A DNA stretch of 64,000 nt from Lophium mytilinum. Taxonomy: Eukaryota. Location: the NCBI GenBank assembly GCA_010093605.1, contig MU004196.1:1324606-1388605 (forward strand). Direction: 5' to 3'. Below, piece after piece: positions 44,065 to 56,100 of the stretch (position 1 is the first letter of the stretch; each line of letters starts with the position of its first letter). The notes under the pieces were generated by a model, which searched no databases, was not told where the DNA came from, and saw only the letters and a program-made list of their open reading frames with translations. The translations under genes and the position numbers were made by a program.

Positions 44065-45919
44065 GGTCAAGTTGGTGTGTTTTTCTGGATTTTTAAGGGT
44101 TGTTGAAGATTTTGCTTGAAGATGCTAGGCAATAGTTTACAACGAATTCCAGTGTGGTGAGGGAGACGTCAAAAGAACGGAGTTGACGTGATTCATATAT
44201 CTGCGCTATTGCTGTGCACAATGGTATAAACCCCTGTAAATTGAAATGTTTTTCTTGAATGTGTCCAGAGCGTGATGTTCGTGAACAATAGCTGATTGAC
44301 ATTCCTAGCTGTGTAGGCATGTAGGTGGGCAGCCAAGGACCATCACCAGTAACCTTCGCTGGCGCGACTATGATATACTTGCTACAAAGCAACCCCCCGT
44401 TGATCACCATCGTTCTGTGACGTCTGCGTGGTTCCTCAATAGACCGAGCACGACGGTCGCGAGCCTCTTTCAGCCTTGTCGTCTTTCGCTGCTGAGTTGA
44501 GGGCTCCGAGGGCGCACTCGGATCCGGGCTGAGGTTTGTGGATACAATTTCACTGCCCAGCAAAATCATGGATACCGTAGGATTCATGGGATTCGCCGTG
44601 GCCAGCTTCGGGGGGTGCTGTCTGGCTGAATGGGGGGTGGTATTGCGAGTGGATGTCCGATCTGGAGGGAGTGGTGGCGGCCTCTAGTAAGGTGGCATTC
44701 TGGAGCATGTCCTATGAAGGTGGGTGTCGAGTTTTGATCTTGGGATGCTGGCGAAGGTGAGGGGATCTGCATTTCAATAGCTTTGCGACCCCTTCGATCA
44801 GTATAGAGAATGTTGAAAGTTGAGTGAGAGTGCTATCTAGTATCCCAGCTTTACTTTACTCCACAGGGACGAGGTTTCTTTGAGAATGCGTATTCCACAT
44901 TGAGAGATCGAAAGCTGGCGATTTGGCCTGCACTTTACAATGCTGTCAGCGTTGGTTACGGACAAGTATACTGACTAGCATTCGCCGGTTCGATGCTAGT
45001 TATATGCGGAGACGACGTACATGAGACAGAAGCACCAAGAGCCGAGAGACAATGTTCGAATATCTGGCAAGCAAATTGAGACACTCACATTGATCTCAAC
45101 ATCCCAGTAAGATGTCTCCTCACACCGCACATGAAGAAGCGATGAAGACAAACTTTTCACTGTCTTCTCCTACCTCAAAACGCTACCAAGGCAACTTGTC
45201 CTTGTCTTCGGTGGTGAAGGGCACTCGGGTTTGACGACATTGATGAAGGGTGACGTCACCACATCTGACCTTCACCGTGAACCACTTCACCTGGGCGCCG
45301 AGACGGAGATCTCCGTGTCCCCGTTCGAATCTTCATCTGTGCGCAAAGCACAACGCTGGGACGACCGTGACTCAATATCGCTCGGCAACTGGGTTTCTCC
45401 GTGCCCGTGGGAGTGCAACATTGTCGCTGGGGCACGGACATTGGCGAAGTGAAGCATATCTCGTTCTGCACGTGACAGCGTTTGCAATGGGAGTCTCAGA
45501 TCTTACCGCGGAACAATGAAGAAGATAAGAATGAGATAGGAAAGAAAGTAGGATGCTATCCCTGGGAGGGTTACATTTGGAATACCGAACTTTCAGAACT
45601 CTCATGAGGCGATACCGGCGGCTTAAGACGAAAAAGACACAGTATTTTCCCCTCTTTATCACACATCTAAGCGAAAACACAGCGGTCGAAAAGATTGATA
45701 TACCTAGATACGAACGGAGTTATCTCCCATATCCCCAGTATGCGTCTTTGAAGATGATGAACCGTGCTGAGCACATGCCAGATGCCCAAGCCAGCTAGCA
45801 ATCCGACCATGTGCCCCTCATCTCACCGCATTCCCGTCCCTCTCCTTCGATCTTTCAACAGCATTGCCAGCTGTCATTCCAGCGTATTTATCCACGATCT
45901 CAGCCCAACGCCAGCAACC

Positions 45920-47014
45920 ATGCCTTCGAGCTCAAAACCCATCGGAGGCTACTACTCCCAACTCCCATATACCCCTCCTCCCTCCACATCCACCCAAACC
46001 AAGCCGTCCGACAAGCCAGCACCCCCAGCTCCACCGGCGCCATCAGCTCCACCACCACCCACCTCTCCAACGAGCTCACCACCCCCCCAAACCGTCTCAA
46101 AGCAAGACACCGCCGCCCCACCTCCCTCAACCACCTCCTCCAATCCCAAGGCCTCAGCAACATCCATATCCAATCCCAGCAGCCCTCCCACCTCCACATC
46201 CTCCGCCCTCATAACCAACACCATCTGGATCCAGCCCCCGGGCTACAGCTTCCTCCCCGGCGCCCTCACCGCCCCCATCCCCAGCATCCTCCACTTCGCC
46301 CTTCCCCCCTTCCCACACGCCGCCAACCACTCCATCGCCCAATCCTCCTCCTCGAACCCCTGCACCCCTTACTCCAACGGTACGGCGATGGGATTCTGGT
46401 CCGGCATCCCCGTCGAAAACGACTACGTCACAACGGGCGAAGACCCCGCGCCGGTGTGGCAACTGCGCCTCGTTACCGCAGACCCGGTGTACTTTTTCGA
46501 TGCGGGGGATGGTGGCGATGATGGGGCGTGGAAGTGCTGGAAGTATGGGCGGGTGGGGGTCGTGAATCCGGTTGGGGGGGTGGATGGGGGGGAGATTGAG
46601 GCGCTGCGGAGTATAGCGATGGGGTTGTCGACGATGGGGCACGACGGGATGCCGACGGGGGTGCCGAGAGGGGGGGAGTGGGTTTCGATGGCGCAGACGA
46701 CGACGACGGGAGCACCCACCCCAGAGACGAGGGTGGTGGCGACGGGGACGGGGACGGGGAACGCGACGGGGAATGCTTCTGGGACAGCGAAGGGTGGGAA
46801 GGGGATGTCGAGTCTGACGGTTGGGGGGATTGTGTTTGGGGGGTTGAGCTTGGTTGGTGTGCTGGTGCTTGGGTGGTGTTTGTTGAAGAAGCGGCGGGAT
46901 AGGAGGAGGCTGAGGGTAGGGCATGAGAGGAATTCGTCAAGTTTGGAGTTTAGGGATATGGCGCCTGCGAGTGGACCGGAGATGGAGCGGCTGAGATCGA
47001 ATGAGAGGCGTTGA
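45920..47014 (+). CDS. Ser/Thr/Pro-rich protein with degenerate cupredoxin-like domain and C-terminal TM helix (364 aa)
   Basis: F.P..L.A..NHSIAQSS..NPC.P..GFWSG..DPVYFF..C..GRVGVVNP pattern of fungal extracellular serine-rich cupredoxins; TM GGIVFGGLSLVGVLVLGWCLL then KKRR. Confidence 0.8.
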   Translation: MPSSSKPIGGYYSQLPYTPPPSTSTQTKPSDKPAPPAPPAPSAPPPPTSPTSSPPPQTVSKQDTAAPPPSTTSSNPKASATSISNPSSPPTSTSSALITNTIWIQPPGYSFLPGALTAPIPSILHFALPPFPHAANHSIAQSSSSNPCTPYSNGTAMGFWSGIPVENDYVTTGEDPAPVWQLRLVTADPVYFFDAGDGGDDGAWKCWKYGRVGVVNPVGGVDGGEIEALRSIAMGLSTMGHDGMPTGVPRGGEWVSMAQTTTTGAPTPETRVVATGTGTGNATGNASGTAKGGKGMSSLTVGGIVFGGLSLVGVLVLGWCLLKKRRDRRRLRVGHERNSSSLEFRDMAPASGPEMERLRSNERR

Positions 47015-47131
47015 ATATGAGGTAGATATGGTATGTTGTGGGGTATTGCAAGTAGATAGCATCCTTCTCCTTTCTGTAGTCTGTTGATGCCGATTTCGAG
47101 GGTAGAGGACGTAGGATGGAGATAGATGCCT

Positions 47132-47368
47132 CTAATAACCCCTAATTCCCGACACATCGAGGTTCAGACCAGGTTCTTCCGCCGTTTGCGATTTCTTGAA
47201 GGGGTTGAGCACTCCCAGGAGCCACTGCACACCGTGCCCAACCTTCTTGACCTGCCGTCCGATCTTGCGAGCCAGGCCGTGCACCATGCGGTACGCCGTC
47301 TTGATTTGCCATTTGATATCGTGGAGGAGCCAGCAAAGACGCTGCCCGGGCATGTTCAGCTTCGGCAT
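47132..47368 (-). CDS. Small basic hypothetical protein (78 aa)
   Basis: ATG in good context (cacgATG), C/G-ending codons, pyrimidine-rich leader; convergent with the cupredoxin-like gene. Confidence 0.4.
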   Translation of the reverse strand: MPKLNMPGQRLCWLLHDIKWQIKTAYRMVHGLARKIGRQVKKVGHGVQWLLGVLNPFKKSQTAEEPGLNLDVSGIRGY

Positions 47369-50300
47369 CGTGATCTCGAGGCTGAGGACGGCGAAGCTGG
47401 GGGGGTGGGTGTCGAGGTCAAGGACTCCGGGAGGTGTGCGTGCCAGCGCAGAATGAGGATGTAGAGGGTTAGGTTTCGAGGGTGAGCAAGAAGGAAAAAG
47501 GAGGGTGAAAACAGATCCGGCTGGAGGCGGAGAAGATCTGGTGATCCTTACCGCGGGCTGCCTTCACCTTCACGGTGTGAGAGGTTTGGCAGCATCACAA
47601 CCCCTGAGGCATACTTCAGGGGATATTGATTCACTATGCGAGTAGATAGCTCAATCGTAGCCTGTGATGCCCTTCTCTGAGGCCCATTGGATTCTGTGGT
47701 GTCTTTTGAGTAGTTTTGAGGGGTTGGATACTAGTCGTGACGCCCATGAGGATGTCGACGAAGCTCCTGTCGGCGGCTGAGAATCACCCCTGACCCCTTC
47801 CTCCACATGAATGAGGTTCTTGAAATCATACAACTCCCTGCAGCTGTTGGAGAAGGCTCAGCCATGCCCGGTCGTCCTCCTCCTGCTGTATGTTGGTGAG
47901 ATGGGGAGAGAAATGCCTGTCTTGGCGCTCGCGTTGCCCAGGCGTCGAAAACTCTGTGTGGGCTCACCAAGTCAACACCAACTCCGCCACCTTCCCGGCT
48001 CTCCACCCCTTTCTCTCCTCACCCATCCACACAACAACATCCACCACGACTTTGTGCTGGCGGGCTGCAATCGTATACACAGCTTTAGATGGCCTCCTAG
48101 GCAAGGGCAGCAGATGGAACGGCAAGACGGACGCGTCTAGGGGCGAGGAGGCGTCGCCCTCTTCCACAGCAACAAGCCCTCACAGCAAACCGACTCAACT
48201 CTAGTAAGGCTTCTCCATCTCCCTTCCCATCTCCTACTCATCCTCGAGTGTCTTTGCAGGCTGCACTTGACCTCCTTGGAGCAAGATGGCATCGCGTCGG
48301 CAGCGGCGTCGTTCCCGGCGATGAAGGCTTCGAGTCCGCGGAGACGATGATGAGTCGTCCTCGGTCAGGGAACGCCATTATCTCGTACTCGGTCTCAGGT
48401 AGATCCATCATCGCTGGCGTGAGAGCATACGCTGAGCATCCTCCTCTCCAGACAATGTCACCGGGAGTACGGCGCCAGAAATCTCCTTGGCGAGGACGTC
48501 AGCCTTCTCCCAGGCCGGCCAACCTTCATCCACCCCACTACCTTGGCATTCGAACTCAGGGTACGTTCGAGTCTTCCTCCTCCTTCTCTTTTTCAACCCT
48601 GTCCATACTAGACTGAGCTCAAAGTGGGGGTCGAGCTCCTCTCATGATCGAGTCTCTCAGAAGCCAGCCAAGAGCAAACAAGGTCACCCAGGCAGGATCC
48701 AGAGCTACGTATCTTCACCGAGGTCTCCAACGGACCTCCGAAGCAGGCTGCTGCGACAGCAAGGTGTCGACCGATGTGAGGATGATACCTTGGGGGGGTC
48801 TTGCCCTCAAACCTCGGGCTCTCCAGCATCATACATCTTCTTCTTGGAACGTTCTAACTTCTTTCTTAGGCCTTTGCTGACATGAGATGCCGCTTCCAGT
48901 TCTTCGATGCCTCCGGCTGACTTCGTCGCCTTACGTCCTCCTTGAACCCTCCGTGAACCGGGCGGTTCTTCGTTTCGATACCAAGCTCAAGCCCCAACCT
49001 AGATACCATCCCCTCGGCCAGACATAAGAGCTCTAGATGAGGGACAGCAAGCTCTGTACTATCTCTTGCACACCGGACCTGTCCGTGGACGCAAGCGATA
49101 AAACGAGTGGAGATGGACATCGATGTTTGAAAGACATGTCCGGCAATACAAGCCTCGTCGAAGACGAGGCTTGACTCTTAGATACTCTGGAGACTCTGGA
49201 TACCAGTTTTTGAAGCGTTGGGTGGATATGGGACTTCCCATCCGTTGGCTCACGAATCATCTTGGCATTCAGGGGCTCGTCACGTGCAGCATGGCCAGTG
49301 CTTCATCCGGCCTGTTCCACCGAGGGACATCCAACCCTTCGGAGCGGAGTACAAGTCTCAAAGCAGGGACTTCATCTGGTGTGCCAGGTTAGCAATCGGA
49401 TGCTTCAATGTAGAGTAGGGCTGCCTTGGATCCTGCTTTCTGCACGAGTCGAGCATCGTGAATGCCCGAGTGTTTCTTAGAGCCCGTAACGACGGCTCGG
49501 TGAAGTGCATTCCCCAGGCAGGTATCCATCTCCTAGTCATATCCTAGTAGGCTGTCGTTGCTTCGCAAGGCCAAGTCTGCGTTTCTCGAAAAATCGGCAG
49601 ATGATCTCGGACGGCGCGTGCAGATATCCTTCCACATTTGGCGTCGCACCTTTCTCAGGCCGTCTCTTTTCGGCGGTTGCCCTCTTGTCGTTGTGGTGCC
49701 TTCCTTCTTCTGCGTCTGGGATAGGGACCAGCTTTGCGTTCTCTCCTCCGAGCTTGCTCTTCTCCTCGTCAGCGTCACATTCCCGGGCTCCAACTTTCGA
49801 CGAGCAAAACCTGCGTATGCCCATCATAGGTAGGTCGGCGCCCGAATCCGACCGTAAGTATCGTCTGGACATTCCTTGTTCGATATCTCATCGCCCCCAC
49901 CGAGCGACATACTTTATTCATTTCTTTCTACAATCTCGCATCAGCTTCGTCTCCCATCAGATTTCAAGTCACACGTACCTCGTCCTTGTCGCCTTTGTCT
50001 CTCTGTCTTTTTACGGTCTCTCTTTTCGGAGTCGTGTCCAACTCTCCACAGACATTGTGCAATGTCCTTCATCCACAGTAGAGGCTTCTTCCGGTGGGCC
50101 CTCTCAATATCTCGGTCCATTCTTTTGCTTAGGATTTTTCCGAGATCCTTCCGGTCTTCTGTCCTCTACTACTACTAACATTGTCTTCCAAGTCTTTGGG
50201 TGTTCTGCCCATCTATTCCTTCATTAGCTTTATACCTTCTATGCGCGATTACTAACCTTTCTTTGCCAATCTTTCTGAAGTTAATCCTTTCACTCTGAGG

Positions 50301-50890
50301 TACCTGGTTTATGGGACCTAAATCATTTCTCTCACTTGGGTCTGAGCATCCCCATCCAATCGCACGTTTACTATCCCATCTCTTCCCCTCTTCTGGCTTT
50401 AATCTCTTTCGCTCTCAAGCTTTCATTTTCGTTTCACTGCTCCAATATACTCTCATGTTTTACCGGTAAGTCTTTTTGGTAGCAAGTCCTCCGACTGCGT
50501 CGTCTTCGCTAGGTCTCAGGCTTCTTACTCGCACTTCTCTTTTGGATTGGTTCATCATCCATCATTCATGTGCTTCGTGTCAGTCATAGTCAAAATTTAC
50601 CGGAGTCTTACTCTGGTATCCTATCATCTTCCTTATGATCTTTTCATATCTCGCTCTGAGATGACCATTCCCTCTCATGGCAGCAAAATCGGAGTGCGAA
50701 AGGTAGGATTTCTGAGCCTGTTCCTCAGTCCACATCATCTTGAATCTGGGTCGAGCTTCAGTCGCGCGATTGTGTAATTGAGCGTATATACCGTATCGGC
50801 AGCTCGACGACCAACTCCGCGAAATCTGCAATTGTAAGCTCCTTTTTCTTTCCGATTCCTCCAGCTTTTGTCCCTTCCCACGATCTTTCT

Positions 50891-51910
50891 CTTCCACTAC
50901 GGCCCCTGTTAGACCTTCCTGTCTCTTCCATAGCTGGGAGGTCTTGAATGGGGCCAACATCAAAAACAAACGAAGCAAGATGAACACCTGCCTCTCTCAA
51001 GATCGGATCATACTTCAGTATTACCTAACGACGGATTGGCAACGGGTCGCCGCCGCTTCGCCGGCGTGCTGCACCTCACCATTGGCGCGTCCCTCAAAAA
51101 GTCGTCTATCCATTACGCCAGCTCCGACATCTTTCAACATCTTGTTTGCTTTTTGCTTACTTGGATTCTTCCAATGGATTCTTCGAAAGTATTAACAATC
51201 CCTAGCCATATCAACTAGCGGAGCCACTGTTTCCTTCGATCTGATGCTACAACAGCATCCGAAGTTCTTACTTGCGCGCCGCCAACCATCTCCAAAATTC
51301 TCAATGTGAGTGCGACTTTTTCTTTCCAAACACTTCCAGCATCAACTCAATTCCTTCCCTTCCATCACGGCCCCTCTTGGATCTTCATGTCTTTTCAATG
51401 ACTTGAAGGTGAGGTATGGGGCCAATATCAACAGGAGCGAGATGAACACCTGCCTCTCTCAAGATCGGATCATACTTCGGTATTTCCTAACGACGGATTG
51501 GCAACGGGTCGCCGCCGCTTCGGCGGCGTGCTGTACCTCACCATTGGTTCTAAACCTAATCTTCGGCCTGCTCCGACATCTTCATCTTTTAATTCTGCTC
51601 TTCATTCTCTGCGATCTTCTACCAGTGTTGGAGGACGAGGCTGACGATGCTTAGGTACGCAAAAGCGTCTCTCATCACTCCCTTGCGCCACTCACACACG
51701 GGCGTCTTGCCAATCCGAAGAGTGATCTGGGCTTTACGACCTCTGCAGTAAGTATATCCCTTTCTCGTCTTCATCATACCTTCGTTGGAATCTCTGCGAC
51801 CCCATAGACCCGGCCTCCGTCATTTCACTCCACGCCTAATGTCTTCCAATAACATTGAGGTACTTATCGGAGGCCAACATCAACAGGAGCGAGATGAGCA
51901 CCTGCCCTTC
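50891..51910. repeat. ~190-bp direct repeat, two full copies and one partial
   Basis: ..gatgaacacctgcctctctcaagatcggatcatacttc..cctaacgacggattggcaacgggtcgccgccgcttcg.. at 50891-51085 and 51359-51547; partial at ~51835-51908. Confidence 0.9.
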
Positions 51911-52610
51911 TCGGTATCGTCCTCGAGGTGGCAGGTGCTCAGCCTTGGGTGCGATGGCGCCGGCTCCGATATTTCATGTTCCTTGCGTTGCATTCCTTAA
52001 CTCTCTTTATTAGTGTGAAAATAATGCTGACAGTTTGATCTAGTTGTCGCGGGGAAATCGGATGAGTGTCTGGGCTATCTCGCGATTGTCATTCGGTTCC
52101 ATGACGTAGTGGGAAGTTCGCAGGCTAAGAAGATCAACGGAGTAGCTGCGACTTGAAAGCCGCCCTCGGGACGGCAGACGCTCAGCGTTGGGTGCGATGG
52201 CGCCAGCTCGGACATATCACACCACATCCTTCCCGCTCGAGCTGATTGGGGTTGTGGGCATTTGGACCAAAGATGAATGTTGACGCCGAAGTGCAAGGAA
52301 TAGACTTCGAGGCGTCAAGTCCAGGATGCGAAGCTCCTGAACGCGCGGTATGTTCCCGACCCCTGATCCATCCCAACACCAAGTCTCCGATTCGCTTCCG
52401 AGAACACTTGCCGACTTCGAGTAAATCTCCCATAACGCTCGATGGCTTGAGAGGCGGATGCTACTCAAACTGACGCCGACGAGACGAGATTGGTCTTTCA
52501 GCTGACTCTTCTGCTCCCGCCCATTAGCAACCGGGCTCTCGCTCCGCTGGGTTTCGCAGCTTGCCAGCTCCATGCCTCTCTTGGAAAAACAACGGCTATA
52601 CAGGTCTCTT

Positions 52611-53135
52611 CATGCTACTCAATAGCGTGGAGGGTGGTATTCAAGCCAAGATTAACGGGGCCCGGAGACTATAAGCTCCACGTGAAGGCGTCGCCGGGCC
52701 CGACATATCCTTTATGGTTCTATTTCCATATTCTCCTTTATCCTCGCGATACTCATATGTCTCGTGGACGTTTACCGGCCTTACAAGTCCTTTCCCGCTG
52801 CTCAATGGCGTGGAGGGTCGGACACAGACCCCAGATCAACAGCACTCGGTCGACGCGAAAACTCCACGTGATGGGCGGATCGCGTTAAGCGTTAGCCGGG
52901 CCCGACATACTATCTACGGTTTCGGTTCCGTAATTCTATTCGTCCTTGGGGCATCTATGTTGCTCTTGGATATGCGAGGGCCTGACGATTCCTTTCTCGC
53001 CAGTCAATGGTTGGGAGGGTCGGACACAGGCCTAGAGCAACAGGGCTCGGTTGACGCGAAAACTCCACGTGATGGGCGGATCGCGTTAAGCGTGCACCGG
53101 GCCCGACACTTGCAAATACGGTTTTGGCTTCCGTG
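52611..53135. repeat. Three diverged tandem copies of a ~190-210 bp unit
   Basis: tcaat..ggagggt..ctccacgtga..ccgggcccgaca..ggtt at ~52619, ~52802, ~53004. Confidence 0.88.
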
Positions 53136-56100
53136 TTTCTTTCTTTTGCGCTCATCGCCACGGAGATGGGTGTTGATGGGTTGAGTCGTGATACAGGCTG
53201 GGTCATTGACGCTCTCTATGGCTGGTCTTTCGGTCGATCTGGACCGCTATGTGTAGAGATCGATCTCATCCTCCCTCCGCGCAAGGGGTTTGCAAGTTTA
53301 CACCTACAGTTCGGTGGAGCATCCACGGCCGACTAATTTTCCTTTCCTGCATAAGTTGTGGCTAGAGAGATCAAAAGCGTGCCAAGATTGATAGAGCCAG
53401 GTGGACGTGGTGACCTGCAGGCAAGTGCCGAACTGACAGGGAACCGTGTCCACTGAAGTTCGACATGTTTGTTTGCGGTTCTGCTTCGGTGCTTTTGTTG
53501 TTTGGGAGATGTCGGTTGTGGTTTGGGAGAGCTGGTGGTGGATCTTGTGGGTTGGTGGGCTTTTGGGTAGGTGGATCGAGTTGGTTCTGCTGTGGTATTG
53601 CGGGATGGTGATGGACGACTGCTGGGTATGAGGCTACTGTGTTTCATGCCGGTGGCGGGCGAGAAGCTGGCCACGGCGCTCGCCTTGGGTCTTTAGCACT
53701 CATTGACTTCGAAGATGGCGCCTGGGCCATGAGCATCAAAGTAGCTAGACGCCGCTTATCGTGGACTCGCAGTCCGTTCGATTCGGTACCGTCGATGGTG
53801 CGAATTCGCTACCTCCAATATCTGCGCTCAATCACCAGTTGCGTGGAGCTTTGCCGGTGGATTTCTTGGACGACAGCGTGCATCCTTTCGAAAGAGAGTG
53901 CGGGTTGCTACCGGAATAGCGGTGGGGTGAGTCTTCCCTGCCGATCTGTGTCGGAGATTCGATGTCCTCTTCGCCTTCTTCGTCGCTCTTGCCGCTTCGT
54001 TCTATCTTACTCCAATCCGTACACGACTGATTGAGGGCAAAAGATTCTCTCGAAGGTTAAAAGTAATGCTAGCTAAGGTTACGGCTGCGTCTCTATTAGT
54101 AGCGTCCTCTCTATCTAGTTGAGAGGTATAAATGCGCTAATTGACGATGCACGAAAGCGCATAATAGCTTTCAAAAGTGGGAGGAGCTCCGGAGAGATAA
54201 AGAGATTCCTCGTCGTTATTGTCTGGCTTTGGCTTTGGTGGTTTGCTGCTTCTGCGTAGCTCCTCATTCATTGCGGCCGTGCCCCGGGGAATTGCTGAAG
54301 TAGCGAAGACTGTCAAGAGCCCCTGAAAGTCCGCCGGGCGATGATAGTTCCCCTGCATTGGCTTCGTGTCCTAGACCTTTTGACGCGGGCTGATACTAGC
54401 TGCAAGTTCGAGGCTATATTCCAAGTCGTGGAGGTAGAGCCGGCCCTGCAAATGAAGCAGGCCCGAAGCAGCATCACCGCCACCGTCGCAGTAGCTGGTA
54501 GCTGGATCGAAAAGGACGAGTATCGTAAAGAAGCCCGCTCGCCGACAAGCTTCCGGGCGCCTTGCCTGTGATGCCCGCAGCCTGACATGCTCCGGCGCGG
54601 AATATCGCTCAGGGCGGGTCCTACAGCCCCCTCCTCAAGTCTTTAAAATAGCATCCGGGGATCCCTACGGCCCAAATTGCTGATTCCCATCCCATATTCC
54701 ACCCCTCATCCATTTCAACAGGGCGAGGCGTGGAGTATGGGCGCGGTCGAAATAAGCTTTTCGCGGGCTGGTGCCGGTCGCGCGACGCGCCGTGGATCGC
54801 CGGATGCTGGGGTGGTGGTAGCGAATCAACGGGTTTAGCGGGCGAAATGCTCGATTGGGAAGGAGAACTAAAGAGATGTTGGCTGGTTCATGGGTGGGCT
54901 GGGAGGTGTGGAGGAGAGTCGCGATAAATTTGGGAGGGCTGAGTAGTATGTGGATAGTTTGAATAGGGGTTGACGACGCCGCCGTGTGGATGGTAATGGG
55001 AGGAAGCACAACCGGCCGGGAGGGTCTCTACATCGGTTGGGCGGTCGCAGGAGACCAGCACAGCTTGTCTGGTATAGAAGCATGAACCCTTCCGATGCAT
55101 GGATACGTATGCTGCTGTTCGATCGAGTGCCCGAGAGGCGTGGTCCGCTTGCGACATTCGCTTTGAATTCCAAAGTCGATTCTCTCAACCTCAAACCCGT
55201 CCATGGAGGTCTGCTGCAGAATCTACCATTTGGTCAGCTCAGGCTGAGAACTTCTCCGCACTCCTAGAATGCCCACGTCTTCCTCCTCGCCAGCTCTTTC
55301 TTCGCCAACTGGACTTTTCTAGATCATTGTTGGCAGAGGGCGTTGGAGGCGGATGCGCTCCTGGCGCTCGAGATTGAGAATGTCAACTCTCCAAAAAGAG
55401 GACTGCGCATAAACGGCTGCATCCACGCGCTATCCATCAACAATAATCACCACGCGCGGTGCCTCTGGGCGCCGGTGCCGGGAGACGAGGTTCAGGAACG
55501 AGTGGCCTTCGCAGCCTCCGAGGGAAGAGAGTGAAGACATGCCATCCCGCAGGCGCGTAGGCGGTAGTGCCTCGCACGGGAAGAGCGAGTGGCTGCTGAT
55601 TGTGGTGGAAGAGGTTGGCGTCGTGGTCTACGTTTACGCCAAAGGGGAGTTTGCTCAGCTAGCTAGACGTGATAGAGGTGCGACTGGCCGCTGGAGTATT
55701 CAGACGTCTTCCCTTTTGCGACGCTGGTCGTGTTTGAGACCGAGTTGCCAGTTTCGAACCGATGCTGTAGACCGGCTGCTGGTCTTGGCGAGCTGCTTTT
55801 GTGGTATAGTGTTTGAATGACGTTGGGGAGCTGCGCTACATGCGATAGACCCTTTGGTGACAGCCGGTTGCGATAGAATTTTCGTCGCGATGGAATTTCC
55901 GTCGCGGGCCAAGAAATCGATTTGCGGTTTCGAATCTAGAGTTCCTGCGTGGCTGGGGCCGTCATCCGGGATGAGCTTCCTGGTTGTTGCGTTGGAGGCT
56001 AGAAAAGGGGGGGAAGAGCTCTAGGTTTTGAGTGTGATGAACGCTGCGACCGGTACTCTTTCATTTGCGAATTCGCAATCTGCTGCGCGGACGGTGAAGG

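Noticed and set aside
44093..44772. Overlapping minus-strand ORFs upstream of member F as another array gene
   Set aside because: Frameshifted relative to each other, no family motifs, and the longer one runs through F's promoter
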